A DNA stretch of 64,000 nucleotides from Phaeosaccion multiseriatum (GCA_965112735.1 OZ218964.1:744001-808000), one strand, 5' to 3'; counted from the first letter of the stretch, positions 32,710 to 46,918 are shown. The notes: generated from the sequence alone by a model not told the origin. Program-made: numbers and translations.

Positions 32710-33697
32710 ACCAGACTGCAAAGGAGCGGAAGCGTATGGGTGCTCTCTCTCTCTCTCTCCGAAGGGAATCTCTTGCTCGTCGTAGAAGGAACGGGCCGTT
32801 TTGAGCGTGTCACACGCCCTCCCTCCTGTCGCGGCCTCCCAGGATCGACGAGGCCGAGAAGCTTGAAACTCAAACTCCAAGTCGGATTGTGGCCGCCCCC
32901 GACCAGGAGGCAGGCAGGCACAGCAACAAAGCAGACGGGACGGGCTTGACAGGGAGGGGGGATATCGAAGGGGCCACCGAGGCTGTGAAAGGTGCCAAGG
33001 CCCAAGCATGGAGCAGTAGTAGCAGCAGCAGGTAGTGATTCAGCAGCAGCAGCAGCAGCAGCGCGGTGCAGAGTCACGGACACAGCAACGCTTATCGCAG
33101 GCTGCACAGCTCATCCCTCTCCAGCCACGAGGGAAGGGCCTCACACCGCCCAGGCCTGACCGACTGACAGACTGACTGACCAGCCGCCTCGGGATGGATA
33201 CAGCCAGGGGGTTAGGGGGGGCGAAGGGAGATAAGCGGTGTGTCAGTCCTTAGAGAGCATCTGAAGAGGGAAGGAGGGGAGGAGGGGAGGCAGCAGAGCA
33301 ACGCCAACGCGGAACCTTCGAAGACGCGATGTGATGTGATGTGATGCAGTGAGACGAAAACCTCAGGCCTTAAAGGCCTTAAAGCCTCGAGGCCGCTCAG
33401 AGAGATGGGGACGGCAGCGCCCAATGCTCACTCACTCTCATCTCATCTTCTCTTGAGCTGTTGGCTGTCGGGCAGGGACCATCCCCCCGCCTTGCACGAG
33501 GAGGATAGAGATCCGACCAGCCCAATGCGTGCGTGAGACACTTCGACTTATTTGTGATTGACTTGATTACCCCCACGCCCCCTTCCATAAGCTTCACACC
33601 TCCTGTCCGCAGCGCAGTCTGCTCCGCGGTTTCACTCTCTCGCTCTCTCTCCTCCCATATACATAACGCTCGCCGAGTTCTATACTTTCTCTATACC

Positions 33698-33755
33698 ACC
33701 CACACCCTCTAGTTAATTCAATACCCACACCCTCTAGTTAATTCAATACCCACAC
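33698..33755. repeat. 25-bp tandem duplication
   Basis: acccacaccctctagttaattcaat x2 plus a partial third copy. Confidence 0.85.
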
Positions 33756-33961
33756 ACACACTCACACTCACTCGATGAGGTAGGACTGCGAAGGAGCCCC
33801 CCTCCACCCCTTGCACTCTCGCCCCCAATACCCCCGTGCTCCCTCCCTGTGGGCATGCTCTGCCTCTCTCAGGACAGCAGCTCCTACCCCCCCCTTCCCC
33901 TCTGCCCTCTTCAGCTCCCTATGGACATGTTTCCTCCCTCATGGCAGGAGCTCCACCCCCG

Positions 33962-34751
33962 TCAGTCTTCGGTGCTTAAGTCGCTGCTGCTGACGTCCGT
34001 GCGCACTTTGAGGGTGGGTTTGTTCACCTTGTACGGGGGGAAGGACAGAGATGGAGAGGAAGAGAGAGAGAGAGAGAGAGAGGAAGAAAGAGAGACGAAG
34101 GAAGAAAGAGACGGAGATGTAGAGAGGAACAAAGAGAGAGGAAGAGACAGAGGGAGAGAGGAAGAGAGAGAGACGGAGATGTAGAGAGAAACAAAGGGAG
34201 AGAAGAGACAGAGGGAGAGAGGAAGAGAGAGAGACGGAGATGGAGAGAGAAACAAAGGGAGAGGAAGAGACAGAGGGAGAGAGGAAGAGAGAGAGACGGA
34301 GATGGAGAGAGAAACAAAGGGAGAGGAAGAGACAGAGGGAGAGAGGAAGAGAGAGAGAGACGGAGATGAAGAGAGAAACAAAGGGAGAGGAAGAGACAGA
34401 GGGAGAGAGGAAGAGAGAGAGAGACGGAGATGAAGAGCGAAACAAAGGGAGAGGAAGAGACAGAGGGAGAGAGGAAGAGAGAGAGACGGAGATGGAGAGA
34501 GAAACAAAGGGATTTCAAGAGACAGAGGGAGAGAGGAAGAGACGGAGATGGAGAGAGAAACAAAGGGAGAGAGAGGGACAAGGAGAGAGATGGGATTAGA
34601 GCGGAGTGGAGGAGATTGCCCACAAAAGTCCCCTCGTCTCTTCTTCGTACTCTTTCTAGATACTCTGATACTCTGACTGTCGTCTGACTGACGTCCTTCG
34701 CCAGCCTCGATCGGGCGCAACGACCCGGCGCTCCTGTCCGCGCAGCCGCTC

Positions 34752-34796
<45 letters not shown>

Positions 34797-36774
34797 TCTC
34801 TCTGTGCCCCCCTTACCTTCGGTGGTACAATGCCTGCCCCTTGGGGAGCGATTTCCAAGCCAACCCCCGCGCTCTGACAGAATGAGAGGAGGTCTTCTGT
34901 GCACATCCTCTCGGGCGCCGGCGCGAAGAAGTGTTGCGCTCTGGATATGCCCCAGGAGGGGAGGAGGGGAGAGGAGGGGGGGGGGGGGGGGCGTTACGAG
35001 AGGAAAGCAGACGAGAGGAGGAGAGCACAGACAAGTGGAGTGAGATACAACAAGTCCAATGGCCCATGTTTTACAAATGGCTCAAGAATGAGGAGGACTG
35101 AGTGCGTTTCTGCCTGCGAAAGAGTTCTTTGCGCTTCCCTCCTTTGATAAGACGAGTTGTTCCGCAAGGAAGGCGCACGAGGATAGCAAAGGGCTAACAC
35201 AGGATAACGTTTCTCTCTCCACCGCCTCCCTCCCTAACAGACGACTAATTGCCGTTCTCTCTCTTTCTCTCTCTCTGTCCCTGTCACAACAGCCGCGCGA
35301 TAGATTGGCCTTGTCTTCTCACCTGAGCTCCACGCCGTACCTCACGGCATCCTCCTCGCTCTCAAAGCCCAGCACGATGTTCCTGTCCTCCAGCCAGAGA
35401 GTGTATAGGCCTTCGTCTTGCTTACCCGCATTGAATATCAACACGTGCAAGTGGCTCAGCCTGTGAACCACCGAAGGGTAATGATGGGAGAAAGTTGGAG
35501 CAGGCAAGAAGGAGAGGGGGGGAAATAGCAGGACAACAGAGGGAGAAGCAGCAGGGGCAGGCAGGTGGAGATGAGCGTCCGAAGATACTATTCGAGAGGA
35601 GTGGTTTGTCAAGCGTTTCCTCCACCTGCTGTTAAGCATAGCTCTCTCCCTCTCCCCCCCCTGCGTATGGGGCTTTTTACCAGCTTCGTGTCCCCCTCAT
35701 TCTGTGTTTGCTCTTTCCCGTCCCACTCTCCTCTTCCTGCTTCCCCACCCTTCGTTCCCTCGAGACCCCCACTCTCTGAATAACTGACTCTCTCATTTAC
35801 TGAGTGAGTGACTGGCCGACTGACTGGTGCCTTTCTGCCTGCCTGCTGAGAGACTTGTCAGTCTGACTTCCCCACTGACCTCCTGCGGAGTTCCATCTGC
35901 TCGTCCTTCATGTCCCTCACTTGCTGCTCGCTAAGCAGCTCCGCCGCCGCGCCCGCCTCGCCGCTGCCCACTGACAGAAGCACGTCCACGTCGCCACCAA
36001 CATCACTGGTGCCCTCCAGCGGCATGACTTGCCCCCCCCCCTGCATTGCCGCTTCCAGCCCTGCCAGCATTGGGTGGAAGACAGCTGGCTGGTGCTGGAC
36101 GTCTGGTCTCTGCTGTCTTCTTCGCCGCCGCTGAACAACTGCGAGGAGAGAGAAGAGGGCGGGCGTGGGGTTAAGTGCCGTGCCGAAGCATAAAAAAAAA
36201 TAGGAGCGGGCGAGGCCGAGCGCTTCAGAAGTGCACATGACTTTACACTACAAAAGATGACTACCTCGATCGAGTGAGCCCCGCCGGTGCACTGAGAGGC
36301 CCACCCGAAGAGGCACCTCACGCAACATCAACGTCCAGTCCCCGCTCACCTCCTCTGCGAACTCTGTGATTGGGAGCCTCCTTTCGCTCCTCCTCTCTCC
36401 TCTCGGCTCTCTGACTCTCATTTCCTCCATCGTCGAAGGAAGAGAGCATACCGAGCTTGGGAACCAGCCCTCGGCCGTTGTTGCCCCGGTTGCCCCGGAC
36501 AGTCTGCCGATGCTGCTTGCCCGCCAGTCCTGCTCCTCTCCTCGCCAGCGCCGGGGCTTCGGACGGGTGTGCAGCGAAGCTGGTGAAGCAGTCCGTCCCT
36601 GCAGAACCGAGGCGACACGCAAGGAAGGAAGTGAGTGTGAGTGTAGATGGAGCGGACGACACGCACGCAATTTCTCTAGGCGTCTGGGCAGTCCGCCCGC
36701 TGCTGTTCCAACTCACCTGGTAACGTCGCTACCACCATAGCGGCCACCGCGAGAAACACTCTTTCATGACCCAT
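33962..36774 (-). CDS. DUF3110-domain protein, probably plastid-targeted, multi-exon
   Basis: HVLIFNAGKQDEGLYTL..DRNIVLGFESEEDAVRY / LLSFCQSAG...IVPPK matches the cyanobacterial-type DUF3110 pattern. Leader MGHERVFLAVAAMVVATLPGTDCF. Exon 2 phase unresolved. Confidence 0.72.
34045..34590. repeat. Purine-rich intronic minisatellite, ~62-bp unit, ~8 copies
   Basis: Unit acggagatggagagagaaacaaagggagaggaagagacagagggagagaggaagagagagag. Confidence 0.9.
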
Positions 36775-36889
36775 CACTCTGACGCTATTCTGTTGGCTGT
36801 GACTCGTGGTCTTAGTCACCAAAGCGATGTTCAACCAAAAACGCGTGCCCCAAGTTTTGTTTTTTTTGAGAAGGCGAAGTTGGAAGATT

Positions 36890-38482
36890 ATGGGTGGGGT
36901 CCAGTTGGAGGAGTATGGGGATGTTCATTCGGCTCATGACGGCAAGCAAGACGGCAGCCCCTCTCAATTCAAGTGGAGTATGGCGGCCTTCGCTTCTCCT
37001 CACGAGTTCGTTGCTCCTGCGCCGACCATATCGGAGGACTTGAAGGCCGTGATCACGGAGAAATGCGAGCAGGTTAGGGGTCGCTTCCCCCCCCCCTCCT
37101 CTCTCTTCCTTCCCTCTCCGCTGAACTGCTACCTGCCCCCCTCCCCACCACCACCTTCTCCCCTGCCCCATGCCCTCTGCCCGTAGATCCGCACGTACCT
37201 AGCGCCCGGGAAGGATATGGCGGAGATCGACGCGTTGGGCCAGCGGGTGCTGCAGACGGAAGAGGCCATCGGCAGAGAGGCCGAGCACTTTGCGGCCAAC
37301 CCCGAGGTGCGAGCACGAAAGGAGCAAGCACGCTGGTGTACAGCAGAGTTCCCTTGCTTCACTCTTCGAGTCGAGGGCGTGCGGGAGCTGAACTGATTTG
37401 TAGTATGCTCCGCCGCCCCTCCATTCGGCATCCCAAGCCAGGGCCTTTCCCAGAGCGGGGACGCTTGCATTATTGGCCCATTTAGCGCGTACCCCCTCCC
37501 TCCCCCATTGTGCCCGCCCCCTTCCGCAGTCGGATGAAACCGACGCCAATAGTTTCATCCTTCCTGAGTCCACTCAGCCCACCTTCCACTGCTCCGTCTG
37601 CGGGAATAAGGTGTGTGAGTGCTCCTTGACCCACTCCTATGCTTCCTCCTCAGCGCGTGGATGGTGGTGGCCGAGAGCGGGGATGGAACGAATGCGTAGG
37701 CATGTGTACCTTCAACCCACCATTCTCAGCAGCTTGTGCTCCTCCTCCTCCTGCCTACCCCCCACTCCCCATCTCTCCCCCCATCGATGATGGCCAGGAC
37801 CAAAACGGCTTCGTTATGGACTCCAAGCAAGGAGACACAATCTGCCTGGGGAGGGACAAGGGGGGCTGTGGGACAGTGGTGCAGCAGCATCACATGAATC
37901 AGTCCAGCTCCTTCCGCAAGTTTGAAGGAGAGGTGAGAAGTAAGAGAGAATGGATGGGTGGATAGAAAAAAGGAAGGACAAGATAGTAGAGAAGAAAAGA
38001 AGAAAGTGAGGCAGATGGAAGTGGCGCGATTGCCCTCACGGCAGGAGCCACCCGCGCGCACCGACGCAAAACGCGAACTAACGAAAGACTTGTGTGTCCG
38101 CCGCCCTGTCTATCTCCCTTCCTCCCTTCCTCTCTCCTCTGACTCGAATCCGGGCAGGAGGATAAGTCGCACCACGGCCAGGCTCCGAACAAGCTGTACT
38201 CCGCTGCCTACAACATGCGGACGGACATTAGCGGCGGAACGGTGAGTGTCTCTCGTGGTGAGCTACGCTGCACCGATACCGATAGCACCGCCCTCCATCT
38301 GGTACCATCCAGGCCATCCGGGGACATGCGGGCAGCTGCAGAGCGCACCATTCATTCCTCATTTATTGAAGAGCGGGGAGGGGGGGAGGGGGGCATCTAT
38401 GGAAGGGCTTGTCGAATGCTCTTGCTCATCCCCCCCCCCGTTGACTTCAGAGTCGTCACAGCACCTCTTACGGTTTGTTTCT

Positions 38483-38527
<45 letters not shown>

Positions 38528-39880
38528 GCCCCGCCCCCTCTTGCGTGTGTGGCTGTCGTGCCAGAACTCTGCCCAGCTCGCCAACATCGCGGCGAGAATG
38601 GAGATCGGACTCAGTCAGATCGGAAAGGACGAGAGGCGCACCCGTGTTGGCTACAAGGACCAAAAGAAAAAGCAAGCGGCGGACACCATCAACCACATCG
38701 CCGCCAACTGTAACTTGCACGAGACGGTGGTGGAGAGGGCCAAGACTCTATTCGCGGTGAGTGAGGGAGGGAGTAAACGAGTGAGGGGCGAAAGAGTGAT
38801 AAAGGGAAGGAGCGAAAGAGGAAAGGAGGGAGTGAGTGAGCAGGCACTTTGGTTGCCGCCCGGCTTCCTGTATCTGTGAGAGGGCGACGCGGAGGGAGGT
38901 TACTGAGACTGGGAGGGGGACGGGAGGGAGCGAGGAACCGCTTGAGTGTTGCACCTGCTTGTGATGAGGGCAGGAGATTGTTCCACCCTCACGAGCAAGA
39001 AGGAGGGGGTGTGTTACGTGTGTGCGTGCGTGTGTGCGTGCGTGCATGGGCGTGGCGGTGCAGCCTCCCCGGGGTGGGTAGAGGCTCTAAACTTCGTACA
39101 TACACCGCGCTGCACTCTTATTTGTACATTCAGCGCTTGCGCTCTGGTGACTAACCAACCTCTGCTCATGTGTGTGTGTGTGTCCCCCCATTCCCCTTCT
39201 ATACCCACGTATCCTCTCCTCCTCTATCCTCTTCTCCCACCTGCTCTCCTCTCCTCTCGTCTCCACCCCTCTCCTCCCCTCCCCCCGCCCCCCCCCGTTC
39301 TCCTCTCCTCCCTCTCGTCCCCCGGCCCTTCTGCAGGGCTGGCGTAATACACGAGAACACGTCACAACTCCCGAGGCCGTTATCTGCGCCTGCATCATTG
39401 CCGCATACAGAGACATTAGCGTCCGGGAAGGGAGGGCCAGAGGAAAGAACGACGTGTGGGACAGTCGGGTGTTTGACATTTACGCTTGCCGGAGCTGTGG
39501 GAGGAAGTTCACGGACGAAGAAGTGGGGAAGCCTGCCCGCGGCTCGATAGTCAAGTGCCCAGGGGGGGACGGCGAGCCCTGCGGGACCAAGGTGAGGGGA
39601 TGGCACCGCAGCGGATGAATGTGTTTCATGGACTTCTTTGGCCACTTGTCACCCGCCTTCGGTGGGGTCTCAGCTGCAGTTTCAGTTTCAGTTTATTGAT
39701 TGGGTACCACGTCTCTTTAGCCCTTCCTATCTACCTATTTATCTTTCTATCTATCTATCCCTCTATCTATCAATGTGGAGCCTCTACTTTGAGACGGGCG
39801 GGGAAGAGGCGTGCCCAAGTGCCTGCCTCTGCCTGCCTCCACACGACCCTCAACCGCGACTCGGCCCTCGACCTTCAGCC

Positions 39881-39930
<50 letters not shown>

Positions 39931-42409
39931 CTCTTACCCCGTGTCAAGTATGGAGGGGGAGAAGGTGGGGTTGAAGGAGCTGACGTGTGTGTGTGTGTGT
40001 GTCGATGTGTGTCGTGTGTGTGGCTCTCAAGATGGAGGAGGAGAAGTTGGAGCTCAAGGACTATGACCCCAGGCACCCCTTCTTCTGCGCTCGCTGCAAG
40101 ATGAGATTCAACAGTGAGTGCTGATTGCCGGGGTCTGTCTGGCCCTATGCGTACCCCACACGGTGTCCATGGCGCGAGGGGATGTACGTGTGCATGTGCA
40201 TATGCGGTGCGGTACGGCGCGCAATTCAGTTGGGATCAAGGGTGTATGGATGTTGTGGGTGTTTGTGGGTGTTAGCGAAGGGCATGTCAACGCGCCTGGG
40301 CAGTCAATGCTCGCTGCAGTCAAGGGTCCCGTGGCACTCACAACTCTTTGGCAAGAGTGTTGTGTCCACTCAGCGATCAGGGGCCTGGGGCAGCACAACC
40401 CTTTTACAGAACCGAAGCAACTTGACGTGTTGCGATGTGTTCAGTGCTTGGTGGGGTGTACAGGACACGCACGACGGATGAGCCTCTTCCTGACGCATGC
40501 CATTGCTCCTTTCCTTCTCTTCTCTTCCATCTCTTCCCTTTTCCCTCTTGCCTCTTGGCTCTTACCCTGCCTTCAGCCAAGCGAGGGCTTGACTACCATA
40601 AGGGGGGCTGCTTGAAGACCATCGTTGTGGGAGACGAAGTGCGCCTGGGCCCTCTGGAGCCTGCGGATACGGCCAACAACCCCCAGTTGCTGCACCACCT
40701 TCAGGTGAGGAGGCTCACAGATGGACGAGAGAGGCCGTGCCATCGCAAGGCCCTTGGAGGATGTCTCAAGGCAGGGAGAAGGAGAAGGGGGCGGAGCTTG
40801 GTTTGAGGGGGGTTGCTCCGGGGGGGGCTGCTCCTTAGAGCAAGACAGGGAGATGGAGCGGGAAAGCTTCTTCTTTTTCTCATTCACGGCGTGCGTGCGT
40901 GCGGTCGTGCTTCCCCTACTTTAAACTTACATTGCAAACAAGCAACTCAACACCTCCGATGTATTATCCTATCCACGCACCCACGCACACACGCACCCAC
41001 AGCAACCCTACGCCCCCCACCAAGTCTACGCCGTGGCCGATACGGGAGAGAGCACAGGCACCGCTACGCTGCACTTTGCCGTCATCACTGAGCCGAACGG
41101 CGCGGCGGGTGTGGGCGGCGCAGCAGCGCGCCCTGTTGTGTACCAGTTAAATGTCCCCAAAGAGCGGCTCGTGAAAGTGGCCCGCCCCTCTGCAACCGCA
41201 GCGGCGGCAACCCACGCCCCTCAAATCGCAGAGGCCAAGGATGGAGGAGGGGGTGTGACCGCCACCGGAGCGAACGGAGCAGGAGCAGGGGTGGGTGGTG
41301 TGGGTGGTGGTGTGTCTCCCGTGGACGCCAGTAGCGGCAGCAACGGCAGCGGAGGAGTGGAGGCGCTGGGTGAGCTCAATGAGTGGGGCATGGAACGAAT
41401 ACGGCAGTGGCTGGAGGGCCTGGTGACCAGCAAGGGCCTCGACAAGCACCACGTGGAGACGGTGTGTGCGGCTGCGCAAGAGGCCTTGGACAAGGCCAAA
41501 GAGAAGGCGGAGAAGGCAGCACGGGCAGGAGGGAGCGGCGGGGTTGGTGGCAGCAAGGTGTCGAACAAGATGCTTCGGGGGCAGAAGCGGAGAAGAGAGA
41601 GCACTGCAGGCCAGGTACATACATTCATGTCATGTACATCCTCTCATCCTCTCACTACGTAGCATTGTTGCGTAGCATTAGGGTGTTGTATAGGTGTAAA
41701 GATGTATAGGCGTTGGTAAGACGTCTGGATCATGCGTGCGGTCGTGTTTACTTGGGTTTTCATGCTGATCGGCCCTGGGAAGGACAGGCAAGACGTGGTG
41801 ACAGATAGTGGAGGAGAGGCTCCGGCGGTAGACGCTTGTGGTCTTGACTGGCTCGACTCGACAAGGCGTCGCACCAACCTTGCTCACGTCTTTTCTGATC
41901 TGTCTTGATCGATGACCGTATCCAACCATCTCTTTGCTGCCACACCCAGAGGCATCATGAGCACCACCCTCATCGATCGAATGAACTAACCAACAAACAC
42001 CGCCCCACAACCAACCCCCCCCACTCCCAAAGGCGCTCGTGCTGTGGTCGGAGAAGAAGTTTATTTCTGCGTGTGGGGGCAACCCAGAAGGGGGGAGGCT
42101 GCTGTACGCAGAGGTGGGGCGCAAGAAGGCGAGTATGGCTGCAGCCAAGAAGAGGGAGGTGGCACACAAGCACGAGTCTCAGCGGAACAAGCAGACCGTG
42201 CTCAAGCCGTGGCTCATGTCGGTCACCTCCGACGTGTTGGAGCAGCGGCAGGCGCAGCAGCAGGAGGAGCTGCAGGAGCAGCAGCAGCAGCAGCAGCAGC
42301 AGTTGGTGATACAGCAACAGCAGGCGCAGGCGCAGCAACAGCAGTTGTTGTTGCAGCAACAACAGCAACAGCAACAGTTGGCCATGCATCAGCAGCAGCA
42401 GCTGCTGTT

Positions 42410-42448
<39 letters not shown>

Positions 42449-42473
42449 CAACCTGTATCAGCATGTGCCATAG
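36890..42473 (+). CDS. TFIIB-like protein: Zn ribbon + B-reader-like segment + one cyclin-like repeat + extra Cys motifs + polyQ; multi-exon
   Basis: CSVCGNK/DQNGFVMDSKQGDTIC...GCGTVV, FRKFEGE/EDKSHHG, INHIAANCNLHETVVERAKTLF, EAVICACIIAAYR. Confidence 0.72.
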
Positions 42474-43765
42474 CCTTGGGGGCTTTGGGTGTGAGGAATG
42501 ACTCGCAGAGGCCGAGATCAGTCGACCAAGATCAATTTGCGCTTTGTCGTGCGTTTCGCAGGGCAGGCACAGAGAGCACGTCTCCTCTTGGCCTTTGTTC
42601 TGTACTTTGTTCTGTACTGTTTGACGGCGCCAATACGGTGCTGGGCCCAATACAGCGCTGGGCCCACGAAAGTCTACAGCAGCTACTGCATGCCTTACGG
42701 GGGGGGGGATTAGGCTGTAGTGCGCCTGGAGAGTATGGCAGCGATTCCGGGTGAGGAAGAGAGGAGAGAGGCCGCTACTCAGCATGAAAGATTCCTCTGT
42801 GATGAGAAGTATGGCGCGCCGGCGCGTTGCTGCACCTGCAAGGCCGTGGGAGGGGAAGAGGGGGGAAGGCACCTGACGGCGATGGAGCCCAGTGAAGGCA
42901 CCTGACGGCAGAAGGCGGGTCCCACGACCATCTAGGCAACGACCCTGGGAGGGGCAAGAATCCTGTGAGAAGGCCCCAGATCCATGCACACCTGCTGGCC
43001 GAGAGAAAGGTCCAGCTAAGCTAACCTAACCTCCCCGGGTGAGGCCGACTTGGACGGAGGCCGGATCATCGTAAACAGAGCCAGAAAGGATGTGCTATGG
43101 ACCCTCCCTCCTTCTCTTCTTGGCTCTTGTGAAAATGAGCTCGCCTCGGCTCGAGTCAGCCTGCTGCGTAAGGTCTTTGGTAGGTTTTTTCTGCCCTCAG
43201 GGTGAATGCGAGCCTTGAGGCATATGTGAAGAAGGGGAGGGGCATCATCATATGCAGCGGGTGCTTTTGTGCAGGCCGGCAGGTCGGGGGGATGTTCCCT
43301 TTCTGCATCGTTTCCTTTCGTGCGGCCAAGGGCGGCGCAACGGTGCGAGAGGTCTATGAAGCAGATCGAGACTCCAGGCGAAGAGGTTGGCCTTGCCTTT
43401 GTGAGGCAAAGCCTTGTCGGTCCGAGTGGCCTTGGGTCAGTGCGGAAGAGGTTGGGGGGGGGGGAATGTCGCGAACTGGAAAGCAGCGTTCCAGGAGAAG
43501 ATTTAACTACAGAATAAACTGAGCATTCGAAAGGAGAAGGAGAAAAGTTCCTCACACAGGAGAGAGAGAGAGAGAGGAAAGAAGGCGGCCAGTGTTCAGT
43601 TTCAATTTGGAAACTTCAACCTCATTCTCTTTCCCTTTCTTCCCCTTCCCCCAGCCGCCTGCTTTAAGCTGTTTTTGCTCCTGCTGGCTGCTCTTGTTCG
43701 TTGCTTGGGCAGTCGGTCGTTTAAGCCCTTGCAACCGCCCACACTGGCCGAGTTAAAGCTGCCGC

Positions 43766-46112
43766 ATGTTCACCAATTTCCTGCTCTCCCGACGGAGAGC
43801 CGAGGGAAGGACACATTCAAAGAGTGGAGGAGGTGGGGTTCCTTTGGCCCCTGGAACGGAGGTGGAAGGGTGTTGTGTGGTGGACTGGCTACCGGCGAGT
43901 ATCAAGAAGCCCTTGACCCCTCACTCGGGCTGCCTGTTGAAGAAAGGCTCCGCTGATCCACAGTACAAGCACCCCCTGCGACTGGAACGAACGCATACCC
44001 TCAGCACGGAAATCGATGAGTGGTCCGACAGGAGACATGATGAAGAGGAGGAAGATGATGACTCTAGTAGCGAGGAGGAGCGAGCGGAGGAGGGAGGGGC
44101 TGCATTTGCTGCTGCTGGTGCTACCGAGGTGAACAGGGAGGAGGAGAAAGACGAAGAGGAGGAGAAGGAGGAAGAGGAAGAGGAGGAGGAGGAGGAAGAG
44201 GAGGAGGAGGAGGAGGAGGAGGAGGAGGAGGAGGAGAAGGAAGATTATGAGGAGGAGGAAGAGGACGAAGAGGAGGAGGACGACGACCACGATGACGAAG
44301 AGTCGGGGCGTCGGTACTACCTTCGAGCGCTGCAAAGAGGCCAAAGGAGGGAGAGAGGAGGGCCGCCGCGGGGCAGCTTGTCCCAACGCCGGCGACAGCA
44401 GGGGGGTCACGAATACGCTACTGGTGACGAGGAGGTTGGAGGGGGAGGAGAGGACCACCACCGCGAAGGGAGTGACGACTCTCAAGGAGCGGCGCGCATA
44501 GCAGTGCTCCCTTCCATCATCCTGCAATGGAGCCGTGGCATCATCGGTGCCAGTCCTCCTGCTCCTACCACCGCTACTCGACGGCAGGAGGCCGACCTCG
44601 AGGCGAGGGGGCATCATCAGGAGCGGCGGCAGCGGCGGCAGCAGGTGGAGGCAGTGGGCGCGCCCGAGCCTCCCCTGGGCACGCGGCCTCCTCCCAAGGC
44701 CTACCTGGAGGGGCCAGTCCTGTACGCCTGCGGCTGCTGCGGGGCGCACCTCTGCTCCCACGAGGATCTCGTATCCAAGGTGTGTGTTTGTTATTGTATT
44801 TGAGGACAACAGAGCATTTGGTTTCCACCTCTTTCCAATCTTCCTCTCAAAGCCCTCTCTACGGCCTATTTTTTTCCTCCTCTCTGCTCTGTTCTACTTG
44901 TTCTTCTTGTCTCTCTCTCTTTCTCTCTTTATCTGTGCCCCTCGCCTCTCCCCCTTCTCTTCTCACATGCTTCCTCCATCCACCACACCCCTTGCTCTGC
45001 TGTTTACTTCTGCTGCCTGCTGATGATACTGTATGACATCATCGCAGTGCTTCCAAGGCCGAGGGGGGCGCGCCTTCCTCTTCCAAACCATGGTCAACAT
45101 TGTGAGTCTTTCCCCTTGAGTTGAGCACGGCACAGCGAGAGAGGGGCACGAGAGGGGGCAGGGGGCGGTGCAGCTCAGAGGGGGGGCCAAAGGCGACGCG
45201 CGAGTCTGCCTGCAGATCAACGTCAAAGTCAAGTCTTTTGCCTTGAGGCCGCCCTATGCCCTACAGCCCCGCCTGCCCCTGGCGAATCGACCTCACCAAC
45301 ACCATGTTCACCAACCCCCCCCCCCTCCCCTCCCTTGCTCTCCCTTACCTTACCCTCCCTCACCGTCCCCTCCTCTACTCTCCCCTACCCCACCCTCCCC
45401 TACCCTTTCCCGTCCGCGTGTCCTGACACTGCCCCCCCGCCATTTTCACACCGTATCCACTGCCATCCTTCCCTCTCAGGTGAAGGGCAAATGCGAGGGC
45501 CGCCTGCTTACGACAGGGCTCCATTCTGTGCAGGACGTGTCTTGTCTGTTCTGTGAGACAGTGCTGGGATGGACCTACGTGAGTGACAGGGGAAGGGTGG
45601 GGCATGAGTGGGCATGAGTGGGCATGAGTGGGCATGAGTGGGCATGAGTGGGCATGAGTGGGCGTGAGTGGGCATGAGTGGGACTGGGGTCGAGCTCTGC
45701 CTGCGCAGGAGAGAGACGAAGGGGGAGTGTTATCATGTACCCTCTACTCGTCGGTCGACCACATCGACGACCACCAGACGGGCTTCTCTACTCTCAGTCT
45801 GTTTACACTCCCAAATGTTGACCCCCAAGAGCCATGGAATGGATTCAGTCTCTCTCGGCTTGCGGCTGCTGCCTTTTTGTTTCCTTTCGTCTCACATTTA
45901 TTTGCTTGCCCCCATCAAAATCCCACTACTCTCCGCACACCGCTCTGCCTATGTTTGTATGTATGTATGTGTGTGTGTATGTATGTATGTATGTATGTAT
46001 GTATGTATGTATGTATGTATGTATGTATGTATGTATGTATGTATGTATGTATGTATGTATGTATGTATACATGGGTTGGATGCATGCACACACGTACTAA
46101 CACACATGCATC

Positions 46113-46144
<32 letters not shown>

Positions 46145-46365
46145 ACAAAAAGCGTGAGGCATTCGAGGCAAGCCAAAAGTACAAGGAGGGCAAGTTTATC
46201 CTCGAGTCCGCCAAGGTCATCCGCCTCCATCACAGGGACGACTCTCTCACTACGGGTAGCACCAACAAGTCCAGCAGCAGCAGCAGTCATGTGGGCAGAA
46301 ATCTGAGGCGGCCCCAAGGGTCCATGAGCAGTATCGGTGGGGGCACCATAGGCTTTGCTTGGTGA
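43766..46365 (+). CDS. YPEL: Yippee-like (YPEL) zinc-binding protein with a long acidic N-terminal extension, 4 exons
   Basis: YACGCCGAHL...LVSK / CFQGRGGRAFLF..MVNI / RLLTTGLHSVQDVSCLFCETVLGWTY / EASQKYKEGKFILE. Confidence 0.9.
45598..46068. repeat. Intronic (GTGGGCATGA)n, about 8 copies, and (TATG)n microsatellite
   Basis: 10-bp unit at 45598-45681; TATG run at ~45957-46068. Confidence 0.9.
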
Positions 46366-46918
46366 CCGGCGTGTGGTTTGGGGGGGGTAGAGGAGGAGGT
46401 GGGGAGGAGAGGAGAGGAAAGGAAGGGGAGGGAAGGGGGGGGAGAGGAAAGGAAGGGGAGGGAAGGGGAAGAGAAAGAAGGGGAGGGAAGGGGGAAGGCG
46501 AAGTGGGGTTAATGGCGCGACGGGAGACGGAGGATTGGGAGATTTGAGAAACTAAAGACATCGCCAATGATGCATGGGGAAAGACTATATGAAATACCAT
46601 CAATGAGGGATAGGGAGGGAGGAGGGAAAGGATGTAGGATGTAATAAGTGTGATGTGAATGGTGAGGTGAGAGTAGTGATGTATGATTGTGTGTGTACTT
46701 ATGTGTATGTGCGGAGACTCGAGAGGAGGAGGAGGCGGAGGAGGAGGAGGAGGAGGAGGGGGGGGGGGAGGAGGAGGAATAGGAGGAAGAAGGTGTGCGT
46801 GTACCATAATGTAATACAGGACGAAGAAAACCGAAGAAAGCGTTGGCAACACAGCAGCTGTATTGCATTGCTGTACTGCAAAGAATAACGGTGCTGAATT
46901 TTATGGCTGCAGTCGCTC

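Noticed and set aside
32710-33950. Additional gene between the SDR and DUF3110
   Set aside because: Only short ORFs with no recognisable motifs or consistent splice path
33939-34906. Long Ser/Leu- and Glu/Arg-rich ORFs
   Set aside because: Read-through of an intronic minisatellite
42480-43700. Short ORFs between the TFIIB-like and Yippee genes
   Set aside because: No domain evidence; expected by chance in GC-rich DNA
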